A stretch of DNA of 64,000 nt from Spirochaetia bacterium. Its GTDB lineage: Bacteria > Spirochaetota > Spirochaetia > SZUA-6 > Bin103. Below are positions 20,801 to 30,652 of the stretch, one piece after another. Under the pieces are notes generated by a model. That model was not told the DNA's origin and ran no database searches. It was given only the letters and a program-made list of their open reading frames with translations. The position numbers and the translations under genes are program-made. Within the stretch, counting starts at the first letter, position 1; each line of letters begins with the position of its first letter. The stretch lies in assembly GCA_965203055.1 (NCBI GenBank), contig OZ241863.1, positions 1,952,001-2,016,000 on the forward strand, in the 5' to 3' direction.

Positions 20801-21488
20801 CTATCGCGCCTACGGCTACCTCGACGCGCTGATCGCCGAGCTGGTGGAGGCCGAAAGCGTGCCGGCGCTGCCGGCGCTGCGCTACAAGCCCTCCGGCTTG
20901 GCCAAGCGCGCCGACTGGGAGGCGGTCTGGGCCGCGCAGCGGCGCGAGGACGAAATCGACGCCGAAACGGCCGCCGCGACCCCTCGACTAGCCGGCGAGA
21001 CCGAAGATCAGCATGCCGCCCGCCTCAAGGCTGAACAGGACCGCCGCAAGCGGGACGAGCTCGGCGACCTGGCGCCGCCGCCCAAGTACCGCGCGGCGGA
21101 CTTTCTGAAAGCCGGCTACTGGCGCCTGCGCGGCGCCCTCGACGTGCCCAAGGAGCGCTTCTTCAGCTTGCCGGGCGTGAGCGGCGACGACGATCCCACG
21201 CTCCTGGTGGGCTGCGCCGGGTGGGATCACTTGACCCTCTGCCACGCGCTGGCCGCCTACTACAACGAGGCCGACGAGCGCGACGGTTGGAACGCGGCCC
21301 GGGCCGCCCCGCTGCTGGCGGCGATCCGGGAGCACGTGCCGTGGCTCAAGCAGTGGCACAACGACCTCGACGAGGAATACCAGCAGCGCCTGGGCGACGT
21401 CTACGACAGCTTCGTCCGCTCGCAACTCGCGCGGTTCGGTCTGACCGAGCACGATCTGCAGCGTTGGGCGCGGCCGCTGCGGTCCTGA
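17838..21488 (+). CDS. pglX: BREX type 2 adenine methyltransferase PglX
   Basis: 1216 aa; [59 protein letters not shown]. Confidence 0.88.
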   Translation: MSVDRRELLSDLRRQLRLLERDLAARAESVPEMAAALQAEYQAARAAERTAATFRVWRAGELTQAAVAWLLGAVFVRFIEDNGLIDEPLISGPNRAIDRAEDRQLRYFRAHPTATDRDYLLHGFAAVARLPALAMLYDRAHNPVWRLGISGDAARGLLEFWRTVNPDTGVLRHDFTDPEWDTRFLGDLYQDLSDDARKRYALLQTPEFVEEFILERTLAPALEQFGLAAVRLIDPACGSGHFLLGAFQRLLRRWRACEPEAPKQELAQRALAAVHGVDVNPFAAAIARFRLVVAALRASGIRRLQEAPAFPLNVAAGDSLLHGRRFGELDLGSGAEQHALTGQAEFAHAFQSEDLGALNRILGRQYHVVVGNPPYITVKDKAVNQLYRARYSTCRMKYAMGVPFAERLFDLALRGDAAGYVGQITSNSFMKREFGKKLIERFFSQLDLTHVVDTSGAYIPGHGTPTVILVGRSRAPAADTVRCVMGLRGEPTPPAVPSRGRVWRAIVEQIDRTESESEWVSVVDYERRHLNVHPWSLSGGAAVDLKRKLDERGAATLGQRSTAIGFMAISGEDEVFSRPDRGGFERLGVAPRVLRPFVEGDLVRDWAIAPSLTCLYDYDATGSFVASDTPPLVFWPYRTRLRSGLAFGKTRQERGMNWREFAFVVKDKLHTPLSIAFAFVATHNHFVLDRGDKVFNRSAPVIKLPDGATEADHLALVGLLNSSTACFWMKQVFHNKGSTVDVHGARQTTDEYENFYEYTATGLKRFPLPPERPADTDIAENIDRLAAEWQYHLPAQLTDRFPLTPEELDAHCDAAASLQARMIALQEELDWECYRLYGLIDEDCRYAAGTGDRSEPPPLALGERAFEIVMARRMAAGDLETRWFERHGSTPITEIPAHWPEDYRALVARRIELIGSDRFVGLLERPEYKRRWNTEPWEDQERRALRAWLLDRLESPAYWPEPRLTTVGEIAARAAADADFQQAAARFSYRAYGYLDALIAELVEAESVPALPALRYKPSGLAKRADWEAVWAAQRREDEIDAETAAATPRLAGETEDQHAARLKAEQDRRKRDELGDLAPPPKYRAADFLKAGYWRLRGALDVPKERFFSLPGVSGDDDPTLLVGCAGWDHLTLCHALAAYYNEADERDGWNAARAAPLLAAIREHVPWLKQWHNDLDEEYQQRLGDVYDSFVRSQLARFGLTEHDLQRWARPLRS

Positions 21489-21592
21489 AATGCCCGCACC
21501 GGCCGCGGAGGCGCCGCCGCTGCGCGACTGCCATCACGCCTGCGCGATAGACGCTACTCGTGCCAGAAATTCGTCTTCCGACGCAGGTAGCG

Positions 21593-22510
21593 TCAGGTGG
21601 ATCTGCGGCCTAGCAATGCCTCGAGTTCGGCCACCCGCGCTTCGGCCGCTTGGCGCGCGGCCGCTTCCTGGCGGCGTGCGGCCGTTTCCTGTTGGACGCG
21701 GACTTCTGCCGCTTGGCGTGCGGCCGCTTCCCGGCGAACGGCCGCCTCCTGTTGGACGCGGGTTTCTGCGGCTTGGCGTGCGGCCGCTTCCTGATCTGCG
21801 CGCTCCTTGCCCGTGGGGATCAACTCGCCCTGCGCGTCCGTCCAGCGCAGCCACCGGCCGCGCACCCACTCGAACTCCCCCTCCCACAGCGTCATCCCCA
21901 GACCCAGCTCCGGGAACCAGAGCCGCCCTCCGTGGCGTTCGTATCCCCCGCCGCTCAACCGAAAGACGCGCAGCTCATCTCCCATCACCTGCCGCAACGG
22001 ATCGAAGACCACGTAGTAGCCAACCCCCATCCGGGCGTACCTCTTCCGCTTCTCCCCAATCTCATTGCCGTTCTGGTTCAACACGATTTCCACCACCAGG
22101 TCCGGCGCTTTGCCGAACTCCCACACGAAGTAGGAGCGGTGCTTCTTGTCCCACCAGTTCTCGTGCGCCTGCACGTCCAGACTCAGGAACACGTCCGGCA
22201 CGATCGCCGGATTGCGCGGCTCCGGAAACACGCCCACGTTGGCGGCGGCCAGAAACGGGCGCCCGCCGCCGGAGCCGGCCCAGAAACTGTACAACGGCCC
22301 GGTGAGCAGGCGTTGCTGCTTCTCGGAGAGCATGTCGACCGGCTCGTCATCCTCGGTGATCAGGGATTCGATGTCGAAGCCGGGCGCCGGCACGGCCAGC
22401 GCAGCGGTCCCTTTCGCTACCTGGACCGGGGCGGCCGGCCGCGCTGTGGCGGCCTCGGCGGCGCGCGCGTCAGGCTCGGAACGACCGGTCGGGAATGACG
22501 GCGAGTCCAT
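21593..22510 (-). CDS. Uma2 family endonuclease with coiled-coil repeat tail
   Basis: VPDVFLS, WEFGKAPDLVVEI, YYVVFDP; QQEAAARQAAE repeats. Confidence 0.88.
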   Translation of the reverse strand: MDSPSFPTGRSEPDARAAEAATARPAAPVQVAKGTAALAVPAPGFDIESLITEDDEPVDMLSEKQQRLLTGPLYSFWAGSGGGRPFLAAANVGVFPEPRNPAIVPDVFLSLDVQAHENWWDKKHRSYFVWEFGKAPDLVVEIVLNQNGNEIGEKRKRYARMGVGYYVVFDPLRQVMGDELRVFRLSGGGYERHGGRLWFPELGLGMTLWEGEFEWVRGRWLRWTDAQGELIPTGKERADQEAAARQAAETRVQQEAAVRREAAARQAAEVRVQQETAARRQEAAARQAAEARVAELEALLGRRST

Positions 22511-22524
22511 AAGGCAGACTATAC

Positions 22525-22706
22525 CGTACCGGCGACGCGGCCGAAAGCGCTTGACCCGGGCGCCCGAATCCGGCGCCGACGTGGCGGTAGCGGTGATGGC
22601 GCACAGCAGCCGAGATTGTGCTTCGCTGCCGAGGCAGCGAGCCGAGGCCGCCTGGGTCTTCGGCGCCGAAGTGTGCTCGGCGCCTTTGGCCGGCGCGGTG
22701 CGCCGC
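22525..22706 (-). pseudogene. Internally deleted remnant of the HNH element (copy 3)
   Basis: Matches ~11305-11371 joined to ~11771-11860 of copy 1. Confidence 0.8.
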
Positions 22707-22827
22707 ACGCTCAGCGGCCAGGCCGGCTACCAGGCGAGGCGGGCGGGCGGGCGGGCCCGGCGGGAGAATCGGGACTCATTCGGCGGGCGGCTTGCCGGGA
22801 GGCGGCCGGAGTGGCAAGGTGAGCGGC

Positions 22828-24186
22828 ATGCCAAGCCGTACCGCTTCCCGCCCCAACGTGGTCTACCTCGATTGCCACGATCTGGGGGACTGGCTGGGCT
22901 GTTACGACCGCCCCTGGCTGCGGACGCCCCACCTGGACCGACTCGCGGCCGGCGGCGCGCGCTTCACCCGGCACACGGCGACCGCGCCGATCTGCATTCC
23001 GAGCCGCGCCTCCATCCTGACCGGGCTGATGCCGCACGAGGTGGGCGTCACCGGCCAGGAGGCGCTGGCGCCGGAGGCCACCGCCATGGCGGCGCGGTTT
23101 CGCGATGCCGGCTACCGCACCGTGCTGTGCGGGAACCTGATGATTCCGAACGCCCCCCGGTGGGCGGGATTTACCGAGCAGCTCGCGGCCGACGACGACG
23201 ACAAGGCCGCGGCCGCGGCTGCCTTCATCACCGCGCAGCGCCCCGCCGCGGCGCCGTTCCTGCTGTCGGTGTCGTTCCGGCAGTGCCACCGCCCGTTCGG
23301 CGCCCGCTACGACGCGGCGCTGGCGGAGCGCATCGAAGTGCCGCCCTACCTGCCTGACACCCCGGCCACGCGGCGCGACCTGGCTACCCTCGCTTGGCAG
23401 ATCGGCGAATTGGACCGCAGCGTCGGCCTCATCCTCGCCGCGCTCGACGGCGCCGGCCTGCGCGACTCCACCCTGGTGGTCTTCACCACCGAGCACGGCC
23501 CTGCGGTGGCGCGCGCCAAGCACACTACCTACGACTCCGGGCTGCGCACCGCGCTGCTGCTGCGCCTGCCCGGCGTGGTCCGCGCCGGCGCGGCCGTGGA
23601 GCGCCTGAGCAGCAACGTGGACCTGCTCCCGACCCTGGCCGAGTTGTGCGGCCTGCCGGCGCCGGCCGCCATCCGCGGCCTGAGCTGGGCGCCCTGCCTC
23701 GCCGGCGAGCGCGCCGCGCCGGGCCGGGAATGGGCGTTCAGCGAGTTCAACTGGGGCCGCCGCAGCGGGCAGTGGTACTACACGCCGAGCCGGACCGTGC
23801 GCGGCGCCCGCTACAAGCTGCTGCGCAGCTACCGGCGCTGGCCGATCTACGTGGACAGCGGCTGGCTGGCGCGCTACGCCGGCGACCGGGCGGCGGTGGA
23901 ACGGTGGTACGGCAGGCCGCTGCCGGAGACCCAGCTCTTCGACCTGGAGGCCGACCCGTACGAATTGCGGGACCTGGCCGGGACGCCGGCGCTGGCGCCG
24001 GTCCGGGCGCAGCTCGACGCGGCACTGGACCACCACCTGCGCGCCACCGACGATCCCATCCTGCGCGGCCCGGTGGCCAACCGCGCCGGCGAACCGGACG
24101 CGCCGCAGTGGCAGCGGCAGTCCGACGGCAGCTTTCGCCTGGCCGCGCACGACCCGACCGATCCGGGAGAGGTTTCCTTTACCTGA
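22828..24186 (+). CDS. Cys-type sulfatase
   Basis: PNVV..CHDLG; CIPSRASILTG; LFDLEADPYE. Confidence 0.9.
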   Translation: MPSRTASRPNVVYLDCHDLGDWLGCYDRPWLRTPHLDRLAAGGARFTRHTATAPICIPSRASILTGLMPHEVGVTGQEALAPEATAMAARFRDAGYRTVLCGNLMIPNAPRWAGFTEQLAADDDDKAAAAAAFITAQRPAAAPFLLSVSFRQCHRPFGARYDAALAERIEVPPYLPDTPATRRDLATLAWQIGELDRSVGLILAALDGAGLRDSTLVVFTTEHGPAVARAKHTTYDSGLRTALLLRLPGVVRAGAAVERLSSNVDLLPTLAELCGLPAPAAIRGLSWAPCLAGERAAPGREWAFSEFNWGRRSGQWYYTPSRTVRGARYKLLRSYRRWPIYVDSGWLARYAGDRAAVERWYGRPLPETQLFDLEADPYELRDLAGTPALAPVRAQLDAALDHHLRATDDPILRGPVANRAGEPDAPQWQRQSDGSFRLAAHDPTDPGEVSFT

Positions 24187-24201
24187 CCCCGCCCGCCTGC
24201 C

Positions 24202-24318
24202 GCCGGTCCGCGGCGCCGGTTCACTTGCCGGTCCGCGCGCCGGTTCATCTTCCCGGTTCACCTTGCCGGTCCGCGGCGCCGGTTCACTTTGCCGGTCCGC
24301 CCTTGCCGGTTCACCTTG
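24202..24318. repeat. Degenerate 12-14 bp tandem repeat with nine CCGGT cores
   Basis: GCCGGTCCGC(GGC) and GCCGGTTCAC(TT) units, mostly alternating. Confidence 0.85.
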
Positions 24319-24344
24319 CGCCGCAGCGCTGCTACCCTGCGGGC

Positions 24345-25178
24345 ATGAGCAGCGCTCCGTTCATCACTCGCCTGCGCTTTCCGCTGGCCGCCGCCGAGGT
24401 GGAGGCATACCACCGGGACGGCGTGCTCGGCCCCTTCGAGTTGCTCCCGCCCGAGCGGATGGCGCCGCTGCGGGAGCGGATAATGCGCGAGGTGATCGTC
24501 CCCGCGCAGCGCGAGGATCCCACCCTGCACTACCACGACCGCCATCTCGACCATCCCGCGGTCTGCCGCCTGTGCCGGGCGCCGGAGCTGGTGGAGCGCA
24601 TCGCCTCGCTGCTGGGCCCCGACCTGATGGTGTGGCGCAGCAACTTTCAGGTAAAGGAGCCGCTGGCCGAGGCGAGCGGCGACCGGCAGCGCTACGCCGC
24701 GGTGCCGTGGCATCAGGATGGCGCCTACTTCGGGCTGCAGCCGCTGGTCCTGGTGTCGGCCTGGATCGCGATTACCGAAGCCACCGCCGACAATGGCTGC
24801 CTGCTGGTGGTTCCCGGATCGCACGCCACTACTTTCGCCCACACCCACGACCCCGAGCGCGCGGCGTTCGGCCGCTCGGTACCGCCGGACGCGGTCGACC
24901 CGGCGGCGGTGCGCGCGCTGGAGATGCGCCCGGGGGAGTTCGTGCTGTTCAACGAGAACACCCTGCACGCCTCCGGCCCCAACCGCACGCCCCATCCCCG
25001 CATCGGCTTCACGCCGCGCGTATCGGTGCCGTTCGTGCGCGTCACCGGCAACCCGCGCGGCGCCGGCCGCGACCGCGCCCGCCATGCCCCTGACGAGGCG
25101 CGCGAAGTGGCGCTGCTGCGCGGCCACGACTACACCGGCCGCCAGCGCGTGGTGCCGCTGCCCTGCCCGCCCGGCTAG
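24345..25178 (+). CDS. Phytanoyl-CoA dioxygenase (PhyH) family
   Basis: PWHQD; NGCL..VPGSH; LHASGPN. Confidence 0.88.
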   Translation: MSSAPFITRLRFPLAAAEVEAYHRDGVLGPFELLPPERMAPLRERIMREVIVPAQREDPTLHYHDRHLDHPAVCRLCRAPELVERIASLLGPDLMVWRSNFQVKEPLAEASGDRQRYAAVPWHQDGAYFGLQPLVLVSAWIAITEATADNGCLLVVPGSHATTFAHTHDPERAAFGRSVPPDAVDPAAVRALEMRPGEFVLFNENTLHASGPNRTPHPRIGFTPRVSVPFVRVTGNPRGAGRDRARHAPDEAREVALLRGHDYTGRQRVVPLPCPPG

Positions 25179-25184
25179 CGCGCC

Positions 25185-25206
25185 GCGTAGCGCCCGGGCG
25201 CTACGC
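25185..25206. terminator. 22-bp perfect palindrome between convergent PhyH genes
   Basis: GCGTAGCGCCCGGGCGCTACGC; no U tract. Confidence 0.5.
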
Positions 25207-25225
25207 CCGTAACGCCAACGTCACG

Positions 25226-25948
25226 TCACGCCGGGCGCAGTATGGTGAAGTCGCTGTCCTTGGCGCTGACCGCGCCGGCCTCCTGGTAGGTGAGGATGAA
25301 AGCCCGCCGGTGCCCGGCGGTGTGGTTGCCGAGCGAGGAGTGGAACAGCTTGTTGGAGAACAGCACCGCGGTCCCGGCCGCCACCTCGCAGTAGACGGTG
25401 CCGCGCAGCTCGCGCTCGCCCGGCAGGAAGCTCAGGCGGCAGGCGCCGTGGTCGCGCGCCGCGCGCGGCTGGTGCGGGATGACGCGGCGCCGGTGGCTGC
25501 CGGGCACCACGCGCAGGCAGCCGTTGGCGCGGTGGGTGTCCTGCAGCGGCAGCCAGATCGACATGCGCCGCTCGCTGGCGCCGTACTCCTGCCAGTACGC
25601 CTCATCCTGATGCCAGTGGCAGACGTTGCGCGGCTCGTGCGGCCCCTTGCTGATCAACTTGGCCGAAAACAGCGCGATGCCCGGATGCACCAAGTCCTCC
25701 ACCAGGGCCAGGATGCGGGGATCGGCCGCCAGGCCGCGCGAGCGCGGCGAGTCGGTGCCCAGCCGGTGAATCTGGTTGCGCCGCTGCTCGTCGGCGGCGA
25801 CCGCCGGATCGGCCAGCCGTGCCCGGTAGCTCCGCTCGAACTCGGCGTCCAGCACCGCCAGCTCCTCGCGCGGCAGCGCTTCAGGCACGATCAGATAGCC
25901 GTCGCGGGCGAACGCCGCCCGCTGCTCCGCGCTCAGGCGCTGCCGCAT
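25226..25948 (-). CDS. PhyH family dioxygenase
   Basis: WHQD; NGCLRVVPGSH; FHSSLGN. Confidence 0.9.
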   Translation of the reverse strand: MRQRLSAEQRAAFARDGYLIVPEALPREELAVLDAEFERSYRARLADPAVAADEQRRNQIHRLGTDSPRSRGLAADPRILALVEDLVHPGIALFSAKLISKGPHEPRNVCHWHQDEAYWQEYGASERRMSIWLPLQDTHRANGCLRVVPGSHRRRVIPHQPRAARDHGACRLSFLPGERELRGTVYCEVAAGTAVLFSNKLFHSSLGNHTAGHRRAFILTYQEAGAVSAKDSDFTILRPA

Positions 25949-25960
25949 CGCCCGCTCCCC

Positions 25961-26851
25961 CTACCCTTTGACGCTGCCGAGCAGCACGCCCTTGACGAAG
26001 TACTTCTGGATGAACGGATAGACGAACAGGATCGGCACCGTGGCCACCATGATCACCGCCGCCTTGATGGCGTCCGGCGGCGGCGGCGCGTCCATTTCGT
26101 ACAGCATTTCGGGGTCGTCGTTGATCACTTCGGTGGCGTTGATCAGGATCCGGCGCAGGATGTTCTGCACCGGCATGCGGCGGATGTCGGGAATGTAGAT
26201 GTTGGCGTCGAACCAGGAGTTCCAGTGCCACACGGCGTAGAACAGTCCGATGGTGGTGAGCACCGGCATGCTCAACGGCAGCACCACCTTGAGCAGCACC
26301 ACGGGGGGGCTGGCGCCGTCGATCAGAGCCGATTCCTCCAGACTCTCCGGTATGGTGTAGAAGAAGTTGCGCATGATCAGCATCCACCAGGCGTTCACCA
26401 CTTCGGGGATGATCAGCGCCCAGTAGGTATTGTAGAGCCCCAGGTTGCGCACCACCAGGAAGGTGGGAATCAGACCGCCGTGAAACAGGATGGTGAAGAA
26501 CACGAACATGGTGATCGGCGTGCGCCCCGGCACGCTGCGCTTCGACAGGGCGTAGGCGAACGGCGCCGTGAACAGCAGGTTCATGGCGGTGCCCACCACC
26601 ACGCGGAACAGGGTGACGCCGTAGGCGCGGACGATGGCGCTGCCCTGCGCGAAGATCGCCTGATAGGCGCCGAAGTCCACGCTTTCCGGGATCAGCACCA
26701 GCCCGCCGCGCCGCGCCGCCTCGGCCGCGCCCACGATGGAGGTCGAGGCAACCACCACGAACGGGATCACGAACACGCTCGACAGGAGCACCATGAAGCC
26801 GACGTTGACGCCGTTGAAGAGGCGCTCGCCGCGGCTGATGCTGATCGCCAT
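25961..26851 (-). CDS. Carbohydrate ABC permease (MalG-like)
   Basis: LEESALIDGAS; QKYFVKGVLLGSVKG; ATG overlaps the upstream stop. Confidence 0.92.
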   Translation of the reverse strand: MAISISRGERLFNGVNVGFMVLLSSVFVIPFVVVASTSIVGAAEAARRGGLVLIPESVDFGAYQAIFAQGSAIVRAYGVTLFRVVVGTAMNLLFTAPFAYALSKRSVPGRTPITMFVFFTILFHGGLIPTFLVVRNLGLYNTYWALIIPEVVNAWWMLIMRNFFYTIPESLEESALIDGASPPVVLLKVVLPLSMPVLTTIGLFYAVWHWNSWFDANIYIPDIRRMPVQNILRRILINATEVINDDPEMLYEMDAPPPPDAIKAAVIMVATVPILFVYPFIQKYFVKGVLLGSVKG

Positions 26852-27819
26852 TACCAGAGCCCTTCCTGCTCCAGACGCTTGGCCGTGAAGTTGGCGATCA
26901 CCACCATCGCCAGCGCGGCAACCGACTTGAACACGCCCACCGCGGCGGCGTAGGAAAAGTTGAGCTGCTGCAATCCCTCGCGGTAGACGTAGGTGTCGAT
27001 GATGTCGGACACGTCGTACACCAGCGGGTTGTAGAGCAGCAGCACCTGCTCGAAGCCGGCGTTGATCAGGTTGCCGACGTTGAAGATCAGGAGAATCGAG
27101 ATCACCATGGCGATCGACGGCAGCGTGATGCGGATCACCTGCTGCCACTTGTTGGCGCCGTCGATGATCGCGGACTCGTACAATTCCGGGTTGACGCCGG
27201 CCAGAGCGGCCAGGATGATGATCGTCCCCCAGCCGATTTCCTTCCATACGTGGGTGGCGATCAACACGCTGCGGAAGTAGCGCGGATCACCGAGAAACCC
27301 CAGCGATTCGCCGCCGAACCACTCGATTACGTGGTTCACCAGCCCGCCGGAAGTGGCGAACAGCTTGAACGCCAGCCCCGCCACCACCACCCAGGAGATG
27401 AAGTGCGGCAGGTAGGAAATGGTCTGCACCACGCGCTTGAAGAGCACGTTCACCAACTCGTTGATCAGCAGGGCGAGCGCGATGGTGGTGGGGAAGGTGA
27501 ACAGCAGCTTGAGGCCGCTGATGATGAAGGTGTTGGCGACGATGTTGCCGAAGAAGTAGGAGCTGAAGAACTTCTCGAAGTTCTTGAAGCCGATCCACTT
27601 GCCCTGGATGATGCCCTGCAGGCCGATGAACGGGTTGATCTCCAGGAACGAAATGGAGATGCCGATCATCGGCAGGTACTTGAAGATCAGGAAGTAGATC
27701 AGTCCGGGCAGCATCAGGTAGTAGTAGAAATGATGCTTGCGGATGCTGCGCAGCAGGTTGCCGCGCGCGCCGGTTTCGGCGGCGGAGCGTGTCAGCAACG
27801 CGTGATCACTACCCGACAT
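26851..27819 (-). CDS. Carbohydrate ABC permease (MalF/LplB-like)
   Basis: LPHFISWV; ELYESAIIDGA. Confidence 0.92.
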   Translation of the reverse strand: MSGSDHALLTRSAAETGARGNLLRSIRKHHFYYYLMLPGLIYFLIFKYLPMIGISISFLEINPFIGLQGIIQGKWIGFKNFEKFFSSYFFGNIVANTFIISGLKLLFTFPTTIALALLINELVNVLFKRVVQTISYLPHFISWVVVAGLAFKLFATSGGLVNHVIEWFGGESLGFLGDPRYFRSVLIATHVWKEIGWGTIIILAALAGVNPELYESAIIDGANKWQQVIRITLPSIAMVISILLIFNVGNLINAGFEQVLLLYNPLVYDVSDIIDTYVYREGLQQLNFSYAAAVGVFKSVAALAMVVIANFTAKRLEQEGLW

Positions 27820-27893
27820 GACTCTCCTTCGATCATCGGCAGGAACGAAACGGCGCCGCCGCGGCGCCGGAGCGCCGGGGCGGCGACTTCGGG

Positions 27894-27921
27894 CGGCCCG
27901 CCGCCTCGAGGCGGCGGGCCG
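27894..27921. promoter_or_regulatory. 28-bp perfect palindrome between SBP and permease (mRNA-stabilising or attenuating hairpin)
   Basis: CGGCCCGCCGCCTCGAGGCGGCGGGCCG. Confidence 0.55.
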
Positions 27922-27943
27922 GACCCTGCGATTCGCGATCCCG

Positions 27944-29449
27944 TCAGTTCATCGCGTTGTACTGGCGGGTGTACTCGTCGATCCACTTGTCGACGCCGGC
28001 GGCGCGCAGCTCCTGCTGGAAGTCGCTCCACTCCGACATCGGGCGCTGGCCGGTGATGAACTTGACCGGCTCGGAGTCCCACAGGCGCTTGAGGTCGGTC
28101 ATCGGCACGATGTCGTTGATCGACTGCATGTCCCACACGATCGAGACGTCGAACGGATGCTTGACGCCGTCGAGATCGTCGGTGCCGTTGATCAGATACT
28201 CGCTCCAGAACTCGATCTCCGGGCTCAGCACCCGCGCCTGCACCTCCACCGGCAGTCCCACCGCGAAGCGGTAGTCCTCGAACAACTGGCGGTTGCCGAT
28301 GTACTCGTAGGTGTCTCCCTCCTCGACCCACTGCCAGTGCTTGCCCATGATGCCGTCCTGGCCGGTGATGTAGTTCTCCACGTCGGAGTACTGCCACTCG
28401 AACACCTTGAGCATCGCCTCGGTGTTGCGGTCCGGCGAGCGCGCCGGGAACACCCAGCCATGGGTGCCGGCGGGGTTCAGGGTCTCGATCATGCCGGCCG
28501 GTCCCATGATCGGCCGCTGATAGACCGGGTCGGCGTCCGGGAAGTTCTTCAGGATGGTGTACTTGCCGATGCCCACCGCGGAGCACCAGTAGGCGGTGGA
28601 CGAGAACTGCCCCTGGTAGATGACCGGCCGCACTTCCGACGCCGGGATGGTAAAGCTGTCGGGCCAGATGTACCCCTTGGCGTACCAGTCGCGCATCCGG
28701 GCGATGAAGTCTTCGAAGCCGGGGTGCAACTCCGGCGGCTTGACCTTGCCGTCGGCCGCATCCAGCCACGGGCCGTAGCCGTCGGGCAGCCAGCCGCCGG
28801 CCATCACCATGCGCAGGTGGGGCGCGTAGCTGGTCACCATCACCTGGGTCTGGCCGCCGCCGATCGGGTCGTTGCGCTTGAACACGTCCAGCACCTGCTC
28901 CAGCTCGTCGATGCTGGTCGGATACTCCAGCCCGTACTTTTGCAGGAACTCGCCGCGAATCCACACCGGCCAGGCGGTGACCACCTCGCCGCGCGGAATG
29001 GCCCAGGTCTGGCCGTCGGTGGTGCTGACCTTGGCCCAGGCGATGTCGGTCCACGCCTTGCGGGTATTCGGGATCTGGTCGAACCACTGGTTGATCGCCT
29101 TGAGCGCGCCCTTCGGCTGGAAGTCCGCCACCCGGATGCCGGCGATCACGTCCATCGGATCGTTCGACGCCAGCAGCAGCGTAACCTGCTCCTGGTAGGT
29201 CTGCCGCGGCAGCCGGTGGGTGAACACGCGCACCCCGGTGTGCTCTTCGATGTACGCCTGCACGTCATCCAGCACCTGCTGCGCGGTACCCGCCTCCGAC
29301 CCGGCCGAGTGGGACACCGTGTCGTAGGTGTGCACCTCGATCACGTCGTCGGCCGCGGCCGCGGTTTCGCCTTCGCCGGCGGCGAACGCGCTCAGCGCGA
29401 CCAGCGTGCTCAGGGCCGCCGCGGCCCCGCACCTCAAAATCTTGAACAT
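27944..29449 (-). CDS. Carbohydrate ABC solute-binding protein
   Basis: SD AGGAGG; signal ending FAAG; FKRNDPIGGG; KFITGQRP. Confidence 0.9.
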   Translation of the reverse strand: MFKILRCGAAAALSTLVALSAFAAGEGETAAAADDVIEVHTYDTVSHSAGSEAGTAQQVLDDVQAYIEEHTGVRVFTHRLPRQTYQEQVTLLLASNDPMDVIAGIRVADFQPKGALKAINQWFDQIPNTRKAWTDIAWAKVSTTDGQTWAIPRGEVVTAWPVWIRGEFLQKYGLEYPTSIDELEQVLDVFKRNDPIGGGQTQVMVTSYAPHLRMVMAGGWLPDGYGPWLDAADGKVKPPELHPGFEDFIARMRDWYAKGYIWPDSFTIPASEVRPVIYQGQFSSTAYWCSAVGIGKYTILKNFPDADPVYQRPIMGPAGMIETLNPAGTHGWVFPARSPDRNTEAMLKVFEWQYSDVENYITGQDGIMGKHWQWVEEGDTYEYIGNRQLFEDYRFAVGLPVEVQARVLSPEIEFWSEYLINGTDDLDGVKHPFDVSIVWDMQSINDIVPMTDLKRLWDSEPVKFITGQRPMSEWSDFQQELRAAGVDKWIDEYTRQYNAMN

Positions 29450-29577
29450 TCAGTTCCTCCTTGCGGCCCGTCGCGGGCCGTCACTGCACCTGTGGCCTCT
29501 CTGGATACCACGGATGCGCCGCCCGCGCAAATGCCGCCGGAAGCAGCGGCTTCCGCCGGCGCGGCGCGGGTTCCCGC

Positions 29578-30489
29578 TCAGCGCGCGGCGGCCGCTTCCC
29601 GTTCTTCCCGCAACCGCAGGGTCGCCGCCTGCCACTCCTCCCAGGTCGGGGTCGCCCCGGCGCTGAGCACCGGCAGCGGCACGCGGCCGCCGGCGCGCTG
29701 GCGGCGGCTCAGCTCCTCGAGCGCGGCGCGCGGGCGGCCGCTGAGCGCCGCCGGCGTCGCGTGGTAGCGGAAGTCGATGCTCCAGCGCGAGGCGGCGGTG
29801 TGGTTCATCCGGCTGGTATGGAAGGTAAGGTTGGTCAGGAACAGCACGTCGCCGGCGTCCATCTCCAGCGCCGCCGGGGTCCCGCGCCGCTCGATCTCCT
29901 CGCCGGTGCGCACGTTCATGTCCGCGCCGCGCGCCGCGTCGATCAGTCCCCAGCGATGGCTGCCGGGCATCACCCACACGCAGCCGTTGGCGACGGTGGC
30001 GTCCACCAGCGGCACCCAGACCGTGACGATGTGGCTCGCCTCGGTGTAGCCCACCTTGTTGCCGCGGCTCGGCTCGTTGTAGTAGTGGCTGTCCTGGTGC
30101 CAGGGGAAGGCGGTGATCTCCGCTTCCGGCAGCTTGGTGCGGATGTTGAGTCCGCCCAGCTCGGTCACCTCCGGGCCGAGCACGGCGCGCAGCACGCGCA
30201 GGATGGCGGGATGCTTGAACAGGTCGTAGAACACCTTGTCGAAGCTGCGCCCGATCCAGCCGCGCGGCGACAGTTCCAGCTCCCGGCAGATGGCGGCGAA
30301 GCGGCGCTCGAACGGCAGGTCTTCGCGGCGCGAGGCGAGCTTGCCCTCGGCCTGCATGCGGGCGGCGTACTCCTCCACCTCGGCGGCGAGGAACGCGCGC
30401 ACCGGATCGAGGTCGGAGGCCGCCAGCGCCGCGCGCTCCACCAGAAAGCCGTCGCGCTCGTAGGCGGCGCGAATTGCAGCATCGTTCAT
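29578..30489 (-). CDS. PhyH family dioxygenase
   Basis: FPWHQD; NGCVWVMPGSH; FHTSRMN; RWSIDFRY. Confidence 0.88.
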   Translation of the reverse strand: MNDAAIRAAYERDGFLVERAALAASDLDPVRAFLAAEVEEYAARMQAEGKLASRREDLPFERRFAAICRELELSPRGWIGRSFDKVFYDLFKHPAILRVLRAVLGPEVTELGGLNIRTKLPEAEITAFPWHQDSHYYNEPSRGNKVGYTEASHIVTVWVPLVDATVANGCVWVMPGSHRWGLIDAARGADMNVRTGEEIERRGTPAALEMDAGDVLFLTNLTFHTSRMNHTAASRWSIDFRYHATPAALSGRPRAALEELSRRQRAGGRVPLPVLSAGATPTWEEWQAATLRLREEREAAAAR

Positions 30490-30652
30490 GGCCGCCACTG
30501 TACGGCCAGTGCGCCGGGCGCGCAACGCGCGCGCAACGCGGCGCGCCGCAGCGGTGAGCAGCGAGCGGTGACAGGAACGCGGCGCTGCGGTAGAGTGCGC
30601 GCGTGACTGCACCGAACACCGCGCCCGGCGGGCGCCGGCCCGGCGCTGCCCA

